Origin: a virus | Taxonomy: Duplodnaviria > Caudoviricetes | Direction: 5' to 3' (one strand) | Virus record (IMG/VR): IMGVR_UViG_3300017780_009425 | Location: 1 to 26,782 of that record | Length of the DNA stretch: 26,782 nt | Shown: piece after piece, positions 23,633 through 26,782 of the stretch | Position numbering within the stretch: the first letter of the stretch is position 1 | How the letters are laid out: each line of letters starts with the position of its first letter | Translations under genes and position numbers: made by a program | The notes under the pieces: model-generated | Seen by the model: only the letters and a program-made list of their open reading frames with translations | The model's database searches: none | What the model was told of the DNA's origin: nothing

Positions 23633-26600
23633 ATGGCACAGATTTTTAAAGCTAAAACATTAATAGCTAATAGCGGAAGATTTTCTCATGAAGCTATTGC
23701 ACCTAATTTAGTTTTTAATACTGGCAATCAAGACATAGGTGGTAATAAAAAATTTACAGGTATTACAACTTTCTCTGGCCAACAAATTAATGTTATAGAT
23801 ACAGCATTAAATCTTAGTGGCGTTGGAGATATGACATTTGATAGCACTAATATTAACTTTATTAATTCTCCAATATTTATAAGTGGAACGAATTTAAGAG
23901 TTACTGGAGACATTTTAGCAAATAATGCTTATATTAATAGTAAAGTTGGCATAGGTACAGATAGTCCTTCTGAAAAATTACAAGTAGTTGGAAATATTTT
24001 AGCTAACAATTTGGTCTATAATACTGGTAATCAACTTATATCTGGTAATAAAACTTTTCTTGATCGTTTGAGTGCAAAGACTGGTTTTTTCGGAGATAAT
24101 AATTTTGCTTCTGGAAATTGGATAGGAATCTCTGCAGGAAGTGGAAATTATGTAAGTGGAAACTATGCTTTTATTGCAGGAGGAAATTGTAATAGGGTAA
24201 ATGCAAATTTCTCAACTGTTGGTGGAGGATGTTGCAATATTGTATCTGGAATTTTTTCAAATATTGATGGAGGATCTTGTAACGCTACATTTAATTGTTT
24301 TTCAACAATTGGTGGAGGAACTCGTAATTGTGCAGTTGGATTTTCTTCAACTATTGGTGGAGGATGTTGTAATATTGCACTTTGCGATAATGCAACAGTT
24401 GGTGGAGGAAGTCTAAATAGTGCATGTGCCAATCTTGCAACAATTGGTGGAGGAGAGCGTAATATTGCTTGTGGAGCAGCAGCAACAGTTGCTGGAGGAT
24501 GCAGTAATAATGCATGTGGAAATTATAGTTTTATTGGTGGAGGAGGTCTTAATACTGCATGTTTTAATAATTCAACTATTGGTGGAGGAAATTGTAATTG
24601 TGCATGTGGCAATCATGCAACAGTTGGCGGAGGAAGTCAAAATAGGGCATGTTGCGAAAATGCAACAATTGGTGGAGGATGTTGTAATACTGCATGTGGC
24701 AATCATGCAACAGTTGGTGGAGGATGCTATAATTGTGCATTTGGCATTAGTGCAACAATTGCTGGAGGATGTTGTAATTTTGTGAGTGCCTCTGGAGCAA
24801 CAATTGGTGGAGGATGTCGTCATTGTGCATGTGGTGTTGATGCAACCATTGGTGGAGGAAATTGTAATACTGCATGTTGCAGGTGCGCAACAGTTGCTGG
24901 AGGATTTTGTAATAGGGCATGTGCCAATCTTGCAACAGTTGGTGGAGGACTTTATAATAGAGCAACTTGCTTGGGTACAACAGTTGGTGGAGGATGTCGT
25001 AATACTGCATATGGCAATCATGCAACAGCTGGTGGAGGATTTTGTAATTGTTCATGTTGCGAAAATGCAACAATTGGTGGAGGATGTTGTAATACTGTAT
25101 GTGGCATTAGTGCAACAATTGCTGGAGGATTTTGTAATAGAGCAGCTTGCTTGGGTACAACAGTTGTTGGAGGAACTGGTAATCGTGCAGAGGGCTGTGG
25201 TGCAACAATTGCTGGAGGGCGCTCTAATGTTGCATGTTGCAGTTCCACAACAGTTGGTGGAGGATCTTATAATACTGTAAGTTGTTTTGGTGCAACAGTT
25301 GCTGGAGGATATAGAAATACTGCATGTTGCGATCTTGCAACAGTTGGTGGAGGATGTTGTAATATTGCATGTGCCAATCTTGCAACAATTGGTGGAGGAT
25401 TTTGTAATAGGGCATGTTGCTGTGGTTCAACAGTTGGTGGAGGAGCTTGCAATTTTGCAAGTGGAAATTTGTCTTTTGTTGGTGGAGGATGTTGTAATAT
25501 TGCTGGTGATAATCTTGCAATCATTGGTGGAGGATATAATAATAGAATCTGTGGTTCCATCACTAGTTTTCAATCATCAACAATAGTTGGAGGATTTAAA
25601 AATATATTAATCTCATCACCATTATCAATTATTGGTGGAGGAAGTTGCAATTGTACTGTTTCTGGAAATGGTTCAACTATTGCTGGAGGATGTTATAATC
25701 GAATATTTTCTTCTCTTTCAAATATTGGTGGAGGATGTTGTAATTGCATATGTTCTAATTCAACTAGTTCAACTATTGGTGGAGGATTTTGTAATAGATC
25801 AACATGCGTTTGTGGTACTGTTGGCGGAGGATTTTGTAATATTGCTTGTGGAGCAGCAGCAACAGTTGGTGGAGGATCTACCAATATTGCGTGCTGCACA
25901 GCTACTGTTGGGGGAGGATGTTGTAATAATGCAAATGGAAATTTTTCAGCAATTGGTGGAGGATGTTGCAATTGTGCAGCTGGACCTTTTTCAAATATTG
26001 GTGGAGGATGTTGTAATCGTGCAATTTGCAATTATGGAAATGTTGGTGGAGGAACAAAAAATTGTAATTGTGCATGTTTTTCGACTATTGGTGGAGGATG
26101 CTATAATTGCACAACTGACTCCTGTTTAGGGGTTGTTGGCGGAGGAGGTAATAATACACTTTGCTGTTCATTTTCTTCAACTATTGGTGGAGGACTTCGT
26201 AATTGTGCTTGCTGTTCATGTTTTTCAACTATTGGTGGAGGATGTTGTAATCTTGCGTTTTGTCTTTCAAATTTCTCTACGGTTGGCGGAGGATGTTATA
26301 ATCGAATATGTTGTGGTTCACTTTCTTCAACTATTGGTGGAGGTGAAAAAAATTGTGTTTTATCTAATTTTGGTTATATACCAGGAGGCAGATGTTCTGT
26401 AGTTCAATTAGGCCACTCTGGAGCAGCAGTACTTGGCGATGGTGAAAATCGAGCTCATAATTCATTTAGCGCCCATTCCTTAACGTTAGATTTTGCTAGT
26501 GGCGTATATTTTTCAAATAAAAAAGTTTTTGGGGCTGTTCCAGAGATGGTTAATGTTAATAATAATTTTACTATTTCTAATACTTTTAATTCAGATATGA

Positions 26601-26782
26601 TATTAGCCAATTCATCATCAACAATTACTGGCACAATAATTAGTGGTAATGCTACAGGATTTAATGCTTCTATAATTCAAATTGGCGCAGGACAAATTCA
26701 AATAACTGGATCTGGAATAGGAGTATTAATAAGTAGCTACAATAATCAATATAAAACAGCAGGACAATTTGCCACAATTTCA
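23633..26782 (+). CDS. Cys-rich Gly-repeat beta-solenoid fibre/adhesin B (3'-truncated by window; not in ORF track)
   Basis: Open frame from ATG 23633 (MAQIFKAKTLIANSG...) to the window end, 1050 codons; NTGNQ..GNK.F motifs, KVGIGTDSPSEKLQVVGNI fibre motif, about 50 GGGxxN repeats, cap shared with fibre A. Confidence 0.85.
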   Translation, partial: MAQIFKAKTLIANSGRFSHEAIAPNLVFNTGNQDIGGNKKFTGITTFSGQQINVIDTALNLSGVGDMTFDSTNINFINSPIFISGTNLRVTGDILANNAYINSKVGIGTDSPSEKLQVVGNILANNLVYNTGNQLISGNKTFLDRLSAKTGFFGDNNFASGNWIGISAGSGNYVSGNYAFIAGGNCNRVNANFSTVGGGCCNIVSGIFSNIDGGSCNATFNCFSTIGGGTRNCAVGFSSTIGGGCCNIALCDNATVGGGSLNSACANLATIGGGERNIACGAAATVAGGCSNNACGNYSFIGGGGLNTACFNNSTIGGGNCNCACGNHATVGGGSQNRACCENATIGGGCCNTACGNHATVGGGCYNCAFGISATIAGGCCNFVSASGATIGGGCRHCACGVDATIGGGNCNTACCRCATVAGGFCNRACANLATVGGGLYNRATCLGTTVGGGCRNTAYGNHATAGGGFCNCSCCENATIGGGCCNTVCGISATIAGGFCNRAACLGTTVVGGTGNRAEGCGATIAGGRSNVACCSSTTVGGGSYNTVSCFGATVAGGYRNTACCDLATVGGGCCNIACANLATIGGGFCNRACCCGSTVGGGACNFASGNLSFVGGGCCNIAGDNLAIIGGGYNNRICGSITSFQSSTIVGGFKNILISSPLSIIGGGSCNCTVSGNGSTIAGGCYNRIFSSLSNIGGGCCNCICSNSTSSTIGGGFCNRSTCVCGTVGGGFCNIACGAAATVGGGSTNIACCTATVGGGCCNNANGNFSAIGGGCCNCAAGPFSNIGGGCCNRAICNYGNVGGGTKNCNCACFSTIGGGCYNCTTDSCLGVVGGGGNNTLCCSFSSTIGGGLRNCACCSCFSTIGGGCCNLAFCLSNFSTVGGGCYNRICCGSLSSTIGGGEKNCVLSNFGYIPGGRCSVVQLGHSGAAVLGDGENRAHNSFSAHSLTLDFASGVYFSNKKVFGAVPEMVNVNNNFTISNTFNSDMILANSSSTITGTIISGNATGFNASIIQIGAGQIQITGSGIGVLISSYNNQYKTAGQFATIS
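24160..26395 (+). repeat. ~42-nt coding tandem repeat (about 50 units)
   Basis: Recurring caac(a/t)(a/g)ttggtggagga...aat. Confidence 0.9.

Noticed and set aside
24160-26395. CRISPR-like array of constant plus variable segments
   Set aside because: Constant part is short and degenerate, unit lengths stay in frame and encode protein; no cas genes.
23728-26402. Track ORFs listed in this region
   Set aside because: All overlap the uninterrupted frame from 23633, which the track omits because it has no stop in the window.
8598-26782. Diversity-generating retroelement acting on the fibres
   Set aside because: No reverse transcriptase and no template/variable repeat pair differing only at adenines seen in this window.
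1-26782. Stop-codon reassignment, introns or inteins, tRNA genes
   Set aside because: Genes pack tightly under the standard code with TAA and TGA stops; terL, portal and MCP look uninterrupted; no tRNA cloverleaf recognised.

Overview
AT-rich, almost entirely + strand segment of a tailed dsDNA phage (Caudoviricetes) genome, probably infecting a diderm host (lipoproteins and spanin-like genes). Order: small membrane/secreted ORFs, Zn-ribbon protein, sigma70-like factor with a Cys-rich insert, unknown helical protein, ERCC4/XPF-type nuclease, terminase large subunit, portal, Cys-rich Gly-repeat fibre A, internally duplicated tail-tube-like protein, lysis cassette (holin, three lipoproteins, spanin-like gene, endolysin), LamG-like protein, basic/acidic protein, prohead protease-scaffold fusion, head decoration protein, major capsid protein with terminator, several fibre/baseplate genes, and a >1050-codon Cys-rich Gly-repeat fibre B (23633 to the window end) that the ORF track misses. 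Most notable: (i) a GTGTAA(T) motif before most morphogenesis genes, most often exactly 8 nt before the start codon, suggesting a phage-sigma late promoter driving near-leaderless mRNAs; the motif also points to two small ORFs missing from the track; (ii) two paralogous beta-solenoid fibre genes built of about 22 and about 50 14-residue repeats whose variable positions are loaded with Cys and that share identical DNA blocks; (iii) tandem 20-nt hairpins with compensatory base changes in the fibre B leader. All product calls come from motif recognition by eye; no database search was run.
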